From contig CACZUK010000002.1 in assembly GCA_902784305.1 (NCBI GenBank), positions 505-64,504 on the forward strand: 64,000 bases of DNA. The letters are read 5' to 3'. Position numbers and translations under genes: made by a program. Positions 33,137 through 42,088 of this stretch are shown piece after piece. The notes beneath the pieces were generated by a model. That model made no database searches. It had not been told where the DNA came from and saw only the letters and a list, made by a program, of their open reading frames with translations. Source of the DNA: Oscillospiraceae bacterium. GTDB taxonomy: Bacteria > Bacillota > Clostridia > Oscillospirales > Oscillospiraceae. Position 1 is the first letter of the stretch. The number at the start of each line of letters is the position of its first letter.

Positions 33137-34411
33137 ATGAAGAAAAACAGGAATTATCGCAGAACTTTGTCCCTGATGATGGCGGTGCTGTTCTGTCTGT
33201 GCGGATGTACAGCGCAGCCGCATCCGGACTCGTCAGCCTCCTCCGTGAGTGTTGAGAGCGCCGTGAGCTCCGTCGAAGCGGCCTCTGAGCCGGAGCTCGC
33301 TCCAATACCTCCCTTCGTGCGGCATGGCAACCCCGTCGGGGAGGGTGAGAAGGAGGGCGCGCCCCGGGAGAAGCGTCCGATACAGCAGGCAAAGCAGGGC
33401 TCCGTGCTGGTCTTCTGTTCCGATTACCAGCACAGAGACGGCTGGAAGGACCCTCCGGAAACCCTCTCCGGCATACTGGACGCGATCTATGCGGCGCAGC
33501 TCAAGCCGGACAACATCCTTTTCTGCGGTGACTATACCACGGAAAACGGGCACAACAACTACAACGCGGACCCCCATCAGTCGATTGAGAAAATCAAGTC
33601 CATTGTTCAGGCCCATGACCCGGATCTGCCCATTGAGAATCTGATTTTTGAACAGGGGAACCACGACGAGCTCACCGATGACATCAGCACATCCGGGCTC
33701 CATGAGTATTCGGACTACCTGGTCTATGTTCTGAACACAGAGAAGGATTACCCCTGGCGGCAGGGCAGGCGCGGTCTGAAAAAAGAGGTGCAGCAGGGGG
33801 CGCTGGAGCTGGAAAAATGCCTGGATGCCTTAAAGGAGGAGGGGGAAACACGGCCCATCTTCCTGGCCGGACACGTTCCGCTGCACTTTTCCGGACGCAG
33901 CAGCGAGCTCCAGGGAACGGGGGACAACCTCTATGCCGCGGAGCTGTTTAAGGTCATCAACCGGGAGTCAGAGGAGCTGAACCTGGTGTATCTCTATGGT
34001 CACAACCATTCCCGGGGCTGGGACAGCTACCTGGGCGGCAGCTGTGTGTTCCGCGCCCCAGGCGACTGGCTGCTGATTCCCCGGCCTGAGGAGGAGGAGC
34101 GTGTCACCTCGCACTACTCCAAGGAAACCATTCATTTCACCTATCTCAACGCGGGCTATGTGGGCTACTTCAGCAGCGCCGGAGGCGAGGATACCCTGAC
34201 CTGCACGGTTTGTCAGATATTTGACGACCATCTGGAATTCTCCCGGTATGCGGAGGATGGAGTTCATATTCTCAGTGCGGAAGGCACACCGAATCCCGCG
34301 AAGGATGACAGAGCGCTGATTCCATCAGAATACTACGGCACGGTGTTGGAAAGTCCCTTCAATGTGACGCTTAAGACACATTTCGGAGCCATCCGCCAAA
34401 AAGCGGCATAA
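33137..34411 (+). CDS. lipoprotein metallophosphoesterase (calcineurin-like)
   Basis: Signal peptide with lipobox LCGC. Motifs CSDYQH, GDYTTENGHNNY, GNHDE, GHVPLH and GHNHS. AGGAG RBS. Track N-terminal extension trimmed. Confidence 0.85.
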   Translation: MKKNRNYRRTLSLMMAVLFCLCGCTAQPHPDSSASSVSVESAVSSVEAASEPELAPIPPFVRHGNPVGEGEKEGAPREKRPIQQAKQGSVLVFCSDYQHRDGWKDPPETLSGILDAIYAAQLKPDNILFCGDYTTENGHNNYNADPHQSIEKIKSIVQAHDPDLPIENLIFEQGNHDELTDDISTSGLHEYSDYLVYVLNTEKDYPWRQGRRGLKKEVQQGALELEKCLDALKEEGETRPIFLAGHVPLHFSGRSSELQGTGDNLYAAELFKVINRESEELNLVYLYGHNHSRGWDSYLGGSCVFRAPGDWLLIPRPEEEERVTSHYSKETIHFTYLNAGYVGYFSSAGGEDTLTCTVCQIFDDHLEFSRYAEDGVHILSAEGTPNPAKDDRALIPSEYYGTVLESPFNVTLKTHFGAIRQKAA

Positions 34412-34430
34412 AAAGAAAATAACAGTGAAC

Positions 34431-34462
34431 AAGGGCTGCCCCGTCTGGGACAGCCCTTTTCT
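34431..34462. terminator. intrinsic terminator between convergent genes
   Basis: Stem aagggctg/cagccctt followed by tttt. Confidence 0.7.
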
Positions 34463-34500
34463 GATGCGCAATTGTCGTGTGTCCGGGGCAGGGAAGGGGG

Positions 34501-35952
34501 TCAGACCTCCTTTTGATAATAGTAGAAGGTCTTATCCTCTCCGGCCGGACGCATACAGGCCGCGAGCATCCGCCGGGACGCTTCATTCTCCTTGTAGCAC
34601 CGGGCGACCACGCGGGAGAGCCGAAGCCCATAGAGCCCCCAATCTGCGGCACAGGCAAAGGCCTCCGTGCCGTATCCATGGTGGGCGTATTCCGGCGCGA
34701 TGCGGCAGCCCAGCTCAGCGCCTCCGCGTCCATCGAAGCGGTAAAACACCAGCTCACCGATGCACACGCCGTCCAGCCGAACGGCAAAGTTGACCGCGAC
34801 CTTTCGGGCAAAATCCTGCCTGACCGTGTCGAGGAAGTAGTCCGACAGCGACTCCCCCTTCCAGTCCTCCCGATAGTCGTAGCCCCAGAACCGGTTTCGC
34901 TCGTCGTCCAGACACAGCGCGTTGTAGGCGTCCCGGTCCGCATCGGTCAGGGCGGAGAGGCACAGCCGTTTCGTGTGGAGCGTGGGGACGCAGTCCAGGT
35001 CGTACAGCTCATTTTCAACGTTAAAGCACAGCTTTTTCAGCAGTTCAGCGGGAAGATATTGCAGCTTCGAGGTGCGCAGGCCTTTGTCGTTGCAGTCGTC
35101 CTCCCGATTGACCCAGCTCACGCCGTCTCCGGCGAAGCACTGTACAAATCCCTGCACGGTGGCAGGGTAAACCCCCTCATAGCTGTAGAGGGCCTTTTCA
35201 ATCTGGATGTGCAGGGTATCCCCGCAGCGCTCAGCCATGGACACCGAGAGCAGCTTGCCGTCCAGCTCGATGCCGCCGGTGCAGTAGTCCTGCTCTCCGG
35301 CCAGACGAAGCGCCTTTTTTGCGCTGCGCAGCTCGTCCAGGGCTTCCTCAGAGGCTTTGGTGAACTGCTCGTCGAAGTCGCGCCAGAACTGCTCCACCAG
35401 CTCCGCGTCCCCCTTTCCCAGAGGCCGAAACACCGCGCCGGGATAGAGCTTTCGGAACTTATTCACATGATTGCGCCGTCCGGAATACCTCCGTCCCGAA
35501 AAGCGGCGCAAATCCTCCGCCCGGTACAGGTAATCGGACCAGGCGCGCAGGCTGGTCACATGAAAGCGCGGGTAGCGGGCGAGCAGCCGGGCGGATTCCT
35601 CCATGGGAATAACAAAAAAGGACAGCTTTTCGCCCTTCTCCGCACAATAGCGCTCGATTTGCTCCAGTGCCGCGTCCACGTCACCTGCCGGGCCGGGCAC
35701 GGGCATTTCATAATAAAACCGGTCCTGATACTTGCTTCGCACCAGCAGACAGCCCGCCGCCTCTGCCCACTCTGAGGGCATGGTATCGCGCAGCATGAGC
35801 TTCATGAGCGAGGAGTATTCGCAAAGCCGATAGGAGCACGCGCTGTAGTACCGGCGCAGCAGCGGAAGGCTGCTCTCGGTGACAGGGGCAAAGCTCAGCT
35901 TGGGTTTGTCCGGACAGGCACATCGGAATCCGGTTTGATTTTCTGATTGCAC
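34501..35952 (-). CDS. DUF2156 (LPG-synthase-C-like) domain fused to a RimJ/RimL-type GNAT acetyltransferase
   Basis: The N-terminal 300 aa or so resemble the phosphatidylglycerol lysyltransferase C-terminal-like fold. The C-terminus reads ...IGELVFYRFD..GGAELGCRIAPEYAHHGYGTEA....W....L.L.RV.ARC...N.AS.R.L.. Confidence 0.75.
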   Translation of the reverse strand: MQSENQTGFRCACPDKPKLSFAPVTESSLPLLRRYYSACSYRLCEYSSLMKLMLRDTMPSEWAEAAGCLLVRSKYQDRFYYEMPVPGPAGDVDAALEQIERYCAEKGEKLSFFVIPMEESARLLARYPRFHVTSLRAWSDYLYRAEDLRRFSGRRYSGRRNHVNKFRKLYPGAVFRPLGKGDAELVEQFWRDFDEQFTKASEEALDELRSAKKALRLAGEQDYCTGGIELDGKLLSVSMAERCGDTLHIQIEKALYSYEGVYPATVQGFVQCFAGDGVSWVNREDDCNDKGLRTSKLQYLPAELLKKLCFNVENELYDLDCVPTLHTKRLCLSALTDADRDAYNALCLDDERNRFWGYDYREDWKGESLSDYFLDTVRQDFARKVAVNFAVRLDGVCIGELVFYRFDGRGGAELGCRIAPEYAHHGYGTEAFACAADWGLYGLRLSRVVARCYKENEASRRMLAACMRPAGEDKTFYYYQKEV

Positions 35953-36281
35953 ATTGATACCTCATTCCATTTGTCAGTCGTAAAGCGGCATCCTCTGGGG
36001 ATGTCGGCATATCAAAGGCCGCCCGGTGCCTGCCGGACGGCCTTAGCGTCTCTGCGGAGGGTCAGAAGCTGAGTCAGGGGAGGCCGGTTCCGGCGAATTG
36101 CGGCAGCGCACGGCCCGAAAAATGCATATGCGCAAAGGGATGGCTCCCGCTGCTCAGCCGTGGCCCCATGGTTGCCTCATGACCCTGTCATTGTACCGAT
36201 TCTATCGGTGGTTGTCAACCTTTTGCCGCTTTTTTCTCAAAGGATTCCCCCAAGGCAAAGGGGGATTCCGGGCAGCAGCCC

Positions 36282-38285
36282 TCAGTCCTTTTCCCGAATC
36301 TCCTCCGTTTCAATCACGAACCGCACGGCTCCGCTGCGCCCCTCTTCCAGACCGGTAAAGCTCTGATACGCCTTTCCGACCTGCCGAACAGCCCGCAGCC
36401 GCAGGGCCAGCTCGCCCACGTCCTTGTCGGTAAGCTCTTCAATGCCCTCCTCGTCAAACTCGTTCAGGGCATCCGCCAGCTTTTCGGCACCCTTCACGGC
36501 AGAGGAAAAACCGGTGTTCAGCTTGCTCCCGGCGCTGTCCAGCTGCCTGAGGGCGCCCGCAAGGGCTCCGGCGCCGTCGCTGAGCTGCTTCACGCCCTGA
36601 GCATAGGCGAGGGCAGAGGCGGCCAGCTCCTTCAGCGCGGGCAGGGATTGGACGTAAGGCTCCATCTGTGTGACGATACCTTGCAGCTCCTCCGCGGCGG
36701 TGTTCAGAGACTGCGCCCCCTGAACAAGGTCGGAGGCGTCGGAAATCCCCTCCAGCGCGGACTGTGCCTGTCCGGCCTTCTCCTGCGCGTCGGCGCTCAC
36801 TCCGGTGAGGTCAATGCATCCCGTGAGCTTTCGGGTCAGAGCCTCCTTCTGCTCGTCCGTCAGGTTCAGCTCTCCCAGAGCCGACGCGCACGCCTCCCGC
36901 ACCTGCTGCTGCGCGGTCTGCGCGGCGCAAGCCTCCAGACCGGCCCAGTCGATGCCCTCCAGAGAGGTCAGGGCGCTGCCCTTTGCATCCTCAACCTCCT
37001 GACAGTAGCTTTCCACGCCCTGCGCGAAGCTGCCCAGCTTGTCCAGAACCTTCTTTGCCTCCTGAAGCAGCGCGGCAGGGGTCTGCTCCTGCGCGTTCAG
37101 AGAATCGCTCCCCTCGTCCGGCTGGGGCAGCTGCTTTTCCAGCTGCTCCATCTGCTCCTTGAGCGCCTGTGTCCCGGCGTTCAGGCTTTTCAGACCCTTT
37201 CTCAGCTGAACGCTGCCTTTCCGCACTGTGTGAACCGCTTTTGTGTACTTTTTCAAATACTTTTGGAACTTCCTCAGGCCGCTGGACAGCTTGCCAGCGC
37301 CGTCAGAGAGCTTGTCGGAGGCTTCGGCCAGGTCATCCAGACCCTGGGCCAGCTCGTCCAAATCGTCCAGCGTGTCCGTCTCCAGCTTGCCCGCCAGCTC
37401 CGGCGTCAGGATGGTGGCGGTGAAGTCCAGCTCGAAGTCGGTCACGTCCGCCTCCAGCTCCACATACTCCGGCACGTCCAGCTCCTCGGTGGCCTCGAAG
37501 TCCGCCAGCCGCAGGCTCTCCGCCAGACCCGGACAGGCATAGCCCACCACAATGGCCTGGTCGTCCGTCCGGATGCACTCGCCGTTGGTCACCTGGACGT
37601 TGGAGAAAACGTCCTCGCTGAGAAACAGGACGGTCATGGCCACAAAGGGGACTTTGACCGTGTATTCTTTGGCTTTCGGCTCAGTTTCTTTCTTTTTCTT
37701 GTCCTTTTTCTTCTTATCCTTCTTTTTCTTCGGCTGCACCGTCACCGTCTGTTCGGTGAGGTTTTCATAGTCAAAGCGCAGCTTCAGATGGCCGCTCTGG
37801 CCCGCCAGCTGACCGGGCGGGAGCGTTTTTCCGTCCAGCTCCGCGCTCACGCGCACGCGCACGGGCAGAGGCTGGGCGCTGTCCCCCTTGTAGGAGATGT
37901 CCTCGCCGTGATTCTCCCAGACCAGCGCGTCTCCGGTCTGGGTGAATTCCTCATCTCCCTTGGTGCTGCGGATGCTGGTCAGATTGGAGCGGTCCCGGAC
38001 GGGCTTTCCGTCGCCGGGATTGCGCAGACGCACCTCCACCGTCACTTTCTTCGGGGCGCCGTCCGCCTGAGCCTGCACATAGACAGTCTCCTCTTTATCC
38101 GGCTCGTCCTCGTCCGGCGCGGTCAGGGGAGCGGGGGGCGCAGGCTCCTCAGCGACGGGAACAGGGGCGGGAGGGACCGTCTCCGGCTTTCCCTGTTCCC
38201 ACTGACAGCCGGAGAGCGGGGCACATACCAGCGCGGCGCACAGCAGCAGGGAGAGTGCGGATTGGAACGTAATTCGTTTCTTCAT
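36282..38285 (-). CDS. lipoprotein with YhgE/Pip-like Leu/Gly heptad repeats and a poly-Lys tract
   Basis: Signal peptide with lipobox LSGC. KKKKDKKKKDKKKKE tract. Repeated LSDGAGKLSSGL / LSDGAGALAGAL / KLNTGFSSAVKGAEKLADAL segments. AAAGGAG RBS before the ATG at 38285. Last gene of the ABC operon. Confidence 0.75.
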   Translation of the reverse strand: MKKRITFQSALSLLLCAALVCAPLSGCQWEQGKPETVPPAPVPVAEEPAPPAPLTAPDEDEPDKEETVYVQAQADGAPKKVTVEVRLRNPGDGKPVRDRSNLTSIRSTKGDEEFTQTGDALVWENHGEDISYKGDSAQPLPVRVRVSAELDGKTLPPGQLAGQSGHLKLRFDYENLTEQTVTVQPKKKKDKKKKDKKKKETEPKAKEYTVKVPFVAMTVLFLSEDVFSNVQVTNGECIRTDDQAIVVGYACPGLAESLRLADFEATEELDVPEYVELEADVTDFELDFTATILTPELAGKLETDTLDDLDELAQGLDDLAEASDKLSDGAGKLSSGLRKFQKYLKKYTKAVHTVRKGSVQLRKGLKSLNAGTQALKEQMEQLEKQLPQPDEGSDSLNAQEQTPAALLQEAKKVLDKLGSFAQGVESYCQEVEDAKGSALTSLEGIDWAGLEACAAQTAQQQVREACASALGELNLTDEQKEALTRKLTGCIDLTGVSADAQEKAGQAQSALEGISDASDLVQGAQSLNTAAEELQGIVTQMEPYVQSLPALKELAASALAYAQGVKQLSDGAGALAGALRQLDSAGSKLNTGFSSAVKGAEKLADALNEFDEEGIEELTDKDVGELALRLRAVRQVGKAYQSFTGLEEGRSGAVRFVIETEEIREKD

Positions 38286-38295
38286 TCTGGCTCCT

Positions 38296-40665
38296 TTACT
38301 CCACGTTTTTAAGCGCCTCATCCATGGGGATGGCGCAGATTCTTCGATACTCCAGCGCCGCGACCACCCCGTAGGACCCCAGACCCAGGGCAAAAATGGT
38401 CACGAAAACGGAATCATCCAGCACGAGGGGAATCCAGCCGCTCATCTGGGCCATGAGCACCTTGCGGAAGATGATGAGCAGCGAATGGTACACCAGCGGC
38501 AGCGTGATGAGCAGGCTGAGCACCACCATCACCGAAGTGGCCAGCAGATACAGCCGGGCGATTTCGCCGTTGGAATAGCCCAGGATTTTGGTCAGGGAGA
38601 TGGACAGGGCGCTGCGCTCCAGAATCAGCTTGGAGAGCAGGTAGAGCAGCACCAGGTAGATGATGACCGCGAAGCCGTCCACCAGATACATCATACTGCC
38701 CATGGACACCTCCAGCTGACGGGTCACCTTGGTGAGGGCGTTCCAGTCGATGACTGAGCCGACATAGCGCTTGTCCAGATCCTCCAGCGGCACATCGGAG
38801 AAATAGCCGCTGAAATAGCCCCGGCCCAGGTCAAAGAGGGTGTTTGCCTCCTCGCGGTTCAGAAACACCGCCAGTGCGCCCAGGTAGTCCACCACGCCCG
38901 CCACGCGGAAGGTGTAGCGTTGTTCCTCAAAGGGCTCCCGGAGCGTGATGCTGTCCCCGGCGGCGAGCTGGAACTTGTCCGCATAGGCGGAGGACAGATA
39001 CGCCTCTCCGGAGGCGCAGCGAATGGGGAGAAAGCGGCTGTCCGGCTCCACGCCGTAGACCATCACGTCCTCCTCCCGGGCCACGTCGCCCAGGGTTTTC
39101 AGGGTGTAGGCGGTGAACTTTTCCGCCTCCTCGTGCTCCGTCTCCACGCCCCGGCGAAACTGGAGCATGGTCAGGGCGCTCTCCAGCTTGTGCCCCTCGT
39201 CCATGGCTTTGAGCGGCATATTCAGAATGTACTGGTAGGGGCTGAGCAGGTTTTCCTGAATGGAGGCCTCATAGTGCTCCAGACACTGGGGCAGGCCCAG
39301 ACCGAAGAGCAGCAGGAGGTTGGCGAAGGCGATGCCCACCAGCAGCATAGCGTAGCCGCTGGCGTTCTGGAAGAGAATCCGCAGCCAGAACCGGAAGAAA
39401 AAGGGAAGTTTTTCGCTCAGCGGGACGGCTCTGCCCCGGCGTTTGCTCCGCAGCTCCCGGCGCAGAAAGCGTAGGGGAGAGAGCCGCAGCCGCCGCAGGA
39501 GCAGCAGCAGGTTCACCGCCGCCATCAGGCCCAGCGGCACCAGCGTGGTGAGCACAAAGGCCTCCGCGTTCCAGAGCGTGACATAGGTGGGCAGGCTGTA
39601 GCTGCTGTAGTACAAATCCGCGCACACGTCCTTGAGCACCGTGTAGCCCAGCGCGTTGCCCACCGCCGCGCCCACCAGCGTCACCGCCATGGGCAGGGTC
39701 ATGTAGTGGCGCACCAGCTCCCAACGGGTGTAGCCGCTGGCGCGCAGCGTGCCGATGACGCCCGCCTCCCGGGTGATGGTGCTGTCCGTGAGAATCGTGA
39801 ACACAAAGGCGAGAATGGCAATCATCAGGTAGAGCAGCACCAGCATCATGGAGCGGTCGCTGCCCATGTCGTCCCCGGTGAAGCGGATGGCCTGATTCTG
39901 ATGCCGGGGGACGAACTCCTCCAGCCGCACCTCGGTGAGCATCTGCTTCATCAGGTCCTCGGAGCGCTTTTCTGCCTGCTCTTCCTCCTCGGGGGGCGCG
40001 TCATAGCGCCAGGCGTAGCAATAGCTCAGGCTGTCCCGGCCAAAGGACGCAAAATCCTCCGCGCACACCACCGCCACGCCGAACTTCACCGCGTCGAACA
40101 TGGTGTCGCTGTTGTCGGAGAACAGGGCGCTGTAATCGGACAGGGCCACGGTGCCGCAGACCGTCCAGCTCCGTGCGCCGTCGCTGAGCACGTCGCCAAC
40201 GGCAATGCCGTTGTTGTCCGCGTACATCCGGTCAATGGCGACTTCGCCGGAACGCTCCGGAAAGCGGCCCTCCATCAGACAGGCCAGGTTGACCTCCTGC
40301 CGCTGGGCGAAGACCCGGAGGGTGGAGCCGTTGGTCAGGCTCCGGTCCGCGTAGAGCAGGTCATAGACCTGAATCCCGAAGCCCTCCAGCGCCTTTCGCT
40401 GCGCCTTGTTCAGGGCGCGTTTCAGGCGAAAGTGGCCGTCCTCCACCCGATAGCGCTGAAAGCTCTCGTTGTAGGCGGTAATCATGCTGTTGTCCGCCAC
40501 CAGAAAGCCGGAAACCAGTCCAATGGTCATGGTCATCAGCAGGAAAATGACCAGATACTTGCCGAAACCTTCCCGCAGCTCCCGGAGCAGGCGGCGGCGC
40601 AGGGGATTTTTTGGGAACCCCTGACGCATTCTGACTTCGGTGCATTGCGGGCTCTTTTCCGTCAT
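38296..40665 (-). CDS. FtsX-family ABC transporter permease (two FtsX domains)
   Basis: NPLRRRLLRELREGFGKYL N-terminus and multiple TM blocks. Start is uncertain, with in-frame ATGs at 40803 (overlaps the ATPase stop), 40665 and 40629. The track start at 41115 overlaps the ATPase gene and was rejected. Confidence 0.85.
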   Translation of the reverse strand: MTEKSPQCTEVRMRQGFPKNPLRRRLLRELREGFGKYLVIFLLMTMTIGLVSGFLVADNSMITAYNESFQRYRVEDGHFRLKRALNKAQRKALEGFGIQVYDLLYADRSLTNGSTLRVFAQRQEVNLACLMEGRFPERSGEVAIDRMYADNNGIAVGDVLSDGARSWTVCGTVALSDYSALFSDNSDTMFDAVKFGVAVVCAEDFASFGRDSLSYCYAWRYDAPPEEEEQAEKRSEDLMKQMLTEVRLEEFVPRHQNQAIRFTGDDMGSDRSMMLVLLYLMIAILAFVFTILTDSTITREAGVIGTLRASGYTRWELVRHYMTLPMAVTLVGAAVGNALGYTVLKDVCADLYYSSYSLPTYVTLWNAEAFVLTTLVPLGLMAAVNLLLLLRRLRLSPLRFLRRELRSKRRGRAVPLSEKLPFFFRFWLRILFQNASGYAMLLVGIAFANLLLLFGLGLPQCLEHYEASIQENLLSPYQYILNMPLKAMDEGHKLESALTMLQFRRGVETEHEEAEKFTAYTLKTLGDVAREEDVMVYGVEPDSRFLPIRCASGEAYLSSAYADKFQLAAGDSITLREPFEEQRYTFRVAGVVDYLGALAVFLNREEANTLFDLGRGYFSGYFSDVPLEDLDKRYVGSVIDWNALTKVTRQLEVSMGSMMYLVDGFAVIIYLVLLYLLSKLILERSALSISLTKILGYSNGEIARLYLLATSVMVVLSLLITLPLVYHSLLIIFRKVLMAQMSGWIPLVLDDSVFVTIFALGLGSYGVVAALEYRRICAIPMDEALKNVE

Positions 40666-40796
40666 ATCGCGTCCAGCTTTCTTGAAATCCGACAAGGATT
40701 TACCCCGTTCGGGGCACTTCTCCTGCGAAATCTGGCCACAATCTGGCGAAAAATATCCTCGCAATTCACTCTTGTCAGATTGAATCAGTGATTCCC

Positions 40797-41495
40797 TTAC
40801 CATTCCAGCTCCTCCGCGCTCAGACGCCGCTCGTTGACCTGCTCGTCCCAGATGCGCCCGTCCCGGAGGCGCACCACGCGGTGGGCCATGTGACGAATGG
40901 CGTCGTTGTGCGTCACCATCAGCACCGTATTCCCCCAGCGCCGGTTGACCTCCTCGATGAGGGCCAGAATCTCCTTGGAGGTCTGGTAGTCCAGCGCGCC
41001 GGTGGGCTCGTCGCACAGCAGGATGTCCGGCCGCTTCACCACCGCCCGGCCGATGGCGGTGCGCTGCTGCTGTCCGCCGGAGAGCTGATTGGGCAGCTTG
41101 CCCCGGTGCTCCCACAGCCCCAGGGTGTGCAGCAGCTCATTCACATCCAGGGGATGGCGGCTCAGATAGGCCCCCACCTCGATGTTCTCCCGCACCGTGA
41201 GGTTGGGAATCAGATTGTACATCTGAAACACATAGCCCAGATGCTCCCGGCGGTAGGCGGTGAGCCTGCGCTCCTTCATCCGGGAGAGGCGCTGACCGTC
41301 CAGCAGCAGCTCTCCGCTGTCAGCGCTGTCGATGCCGCCGATGATGTTCAGCAGCGTGGACTTTCCCGAGCCGGAGGGCCCCAGCAGGACGCAGAACTCC
41401 CCCTGTGCAATCTTCAGGTCGATGCCGTGGAGCACCTCCACCCGGTTTTCCCCCTGTCCGAAGGACTTTTTGATTTGACGCAGCTCTAAAAACAT
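40797..41495 (-). CDS. ABC transporter ATP-binding protein (MacB/LolD-like)
   Basis: Walker [10 protein letters not shown], signature LSGGQQQR, Walker [21 protein letters not shown]. Confidence 0.95.
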   Translation of the reverse strand: MFLELRQIKKSFGQGENRVEVLHGIDLKIAQGEFCVLLGPSGSGKSTLLNIIGGIDSADSGELLLDGQRLSRMKERRLTAYRREHLGYVFQMYNLIPNLTVRENIEVGAYLSRHPLDVNELLHTLGLWEHRGKLPNQLSGGQQQRTAIGRAVVKRPDILLCDEPTGALDYQTSKEILALIEEVNRRWGNTVLMVTHNDAIRHMAHRVVRLRDGRIWDEQVNERRLSAEELEW

Positions 41496-41621
41496 GGATT
41501 GACTCCTGTGAAAACGGGAACACGTCCCCGATAGTTAGCTAAAAGCAACTCTACGTCTTAGAAAAGACCGGCTGCGCGCTGAGCGCACGACACCGGAGAC
41601 ATCACCTGTTGCTATTGTTGT

Positions 41622-41650
41622 ATTATACAATCCCGAAGGCTCTGTGTCAA
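41622..41650 (-). promoter_or_regulatory. consensus sigma-70 promoter (TTGACA-N17-TATAAT) of the ABC operon
   Basis: Reverse complement of 41645-41650 is TTGACA and of 41622-41627 is TATAAT. Confidence 0.65.
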
Positions 41651-42000
41651 TGCTTTTGAATCGTTTGATTGCGGGAACCCCATTTTGACCAATCTTCTCG
41701 TCATACACTCTCGTCGGCTTCATCAGTGATTCCTTTGATTTGAAAACGCCTGGACAGCGCTTCTATCCCGCCGCGAGGACAGAAATCCCGAAAAGGATTG
41801 ACACCGTTCGCAGCGCGGAACGTTCGGCGCTTCACTGCGGCCTTTGAATGTTCCATTCCTTTGGAAGCACTTCGCCCGCGGACTGTGCCTGGTTGTGAGG
41901 GGTTCCCGTCCTTTTCCATCAGGCCCCTTATCGCAAGATGCAAAGAATTTTGAGGATTGCTATAGCGTCTTGCCGCCCGGAAACAGCAGAGGTTCGCGGG

Positions 42001-42045
42001 AAATAACAAACTCCGGCCCACCGAAGTCGTCCTCCGGTGGGCCGG
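42001..42045 (-). terminator. intrinsic terminator after the CotH surface-protein gene
   Basis: 11-bp stem ccggcccaccg/cggtgggccgg. T-rich tract on the minus strand, and tttt on the plus side as well. Confidence 0.6.
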
Positions 42046-42088
42046 TTTTGATGGGCGCAAACTGCCGCAAATCGCTGTGCCCGTTCGC

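Noticed and set aside
36241-36272. Hairpin ggattccccc/gggggattcc as a terminator of the ABC operon
   Set aside because: On the transcribed (minus) strand the hairpin is followed by an A-run, not a U-run, and the stem has a mismatch. There is not enough evidence to call it an intrinsic terminator.
40666-41115. 150-aa N-terminal extension of the FtsX permease ORF
   Set aside because: Most of it overlaps the ABC ATPase gene in another frame and translates to Arg/Gly/Ala-rich junk. Typical FtsX N-termini begin near ...NPLRRRLLREL.
40784-41733. Identical 12-mer atcagtgattcc at 40784 and 41722
   Set aside because: Exact 12-mer matches are expected many times by chance in 64 kb. The order relative to the 28-nt motif is also not collinear between the two sites.
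41535-42060. Two minus-strand ORFs (62 and 119 aa) in the region upstream of the ABC operon
   Set aside because: They have no RBS and no family resemblance. One spans the consensus promoter at 41622-41650. I treat the region as non-coding leader or regulatory DNA.
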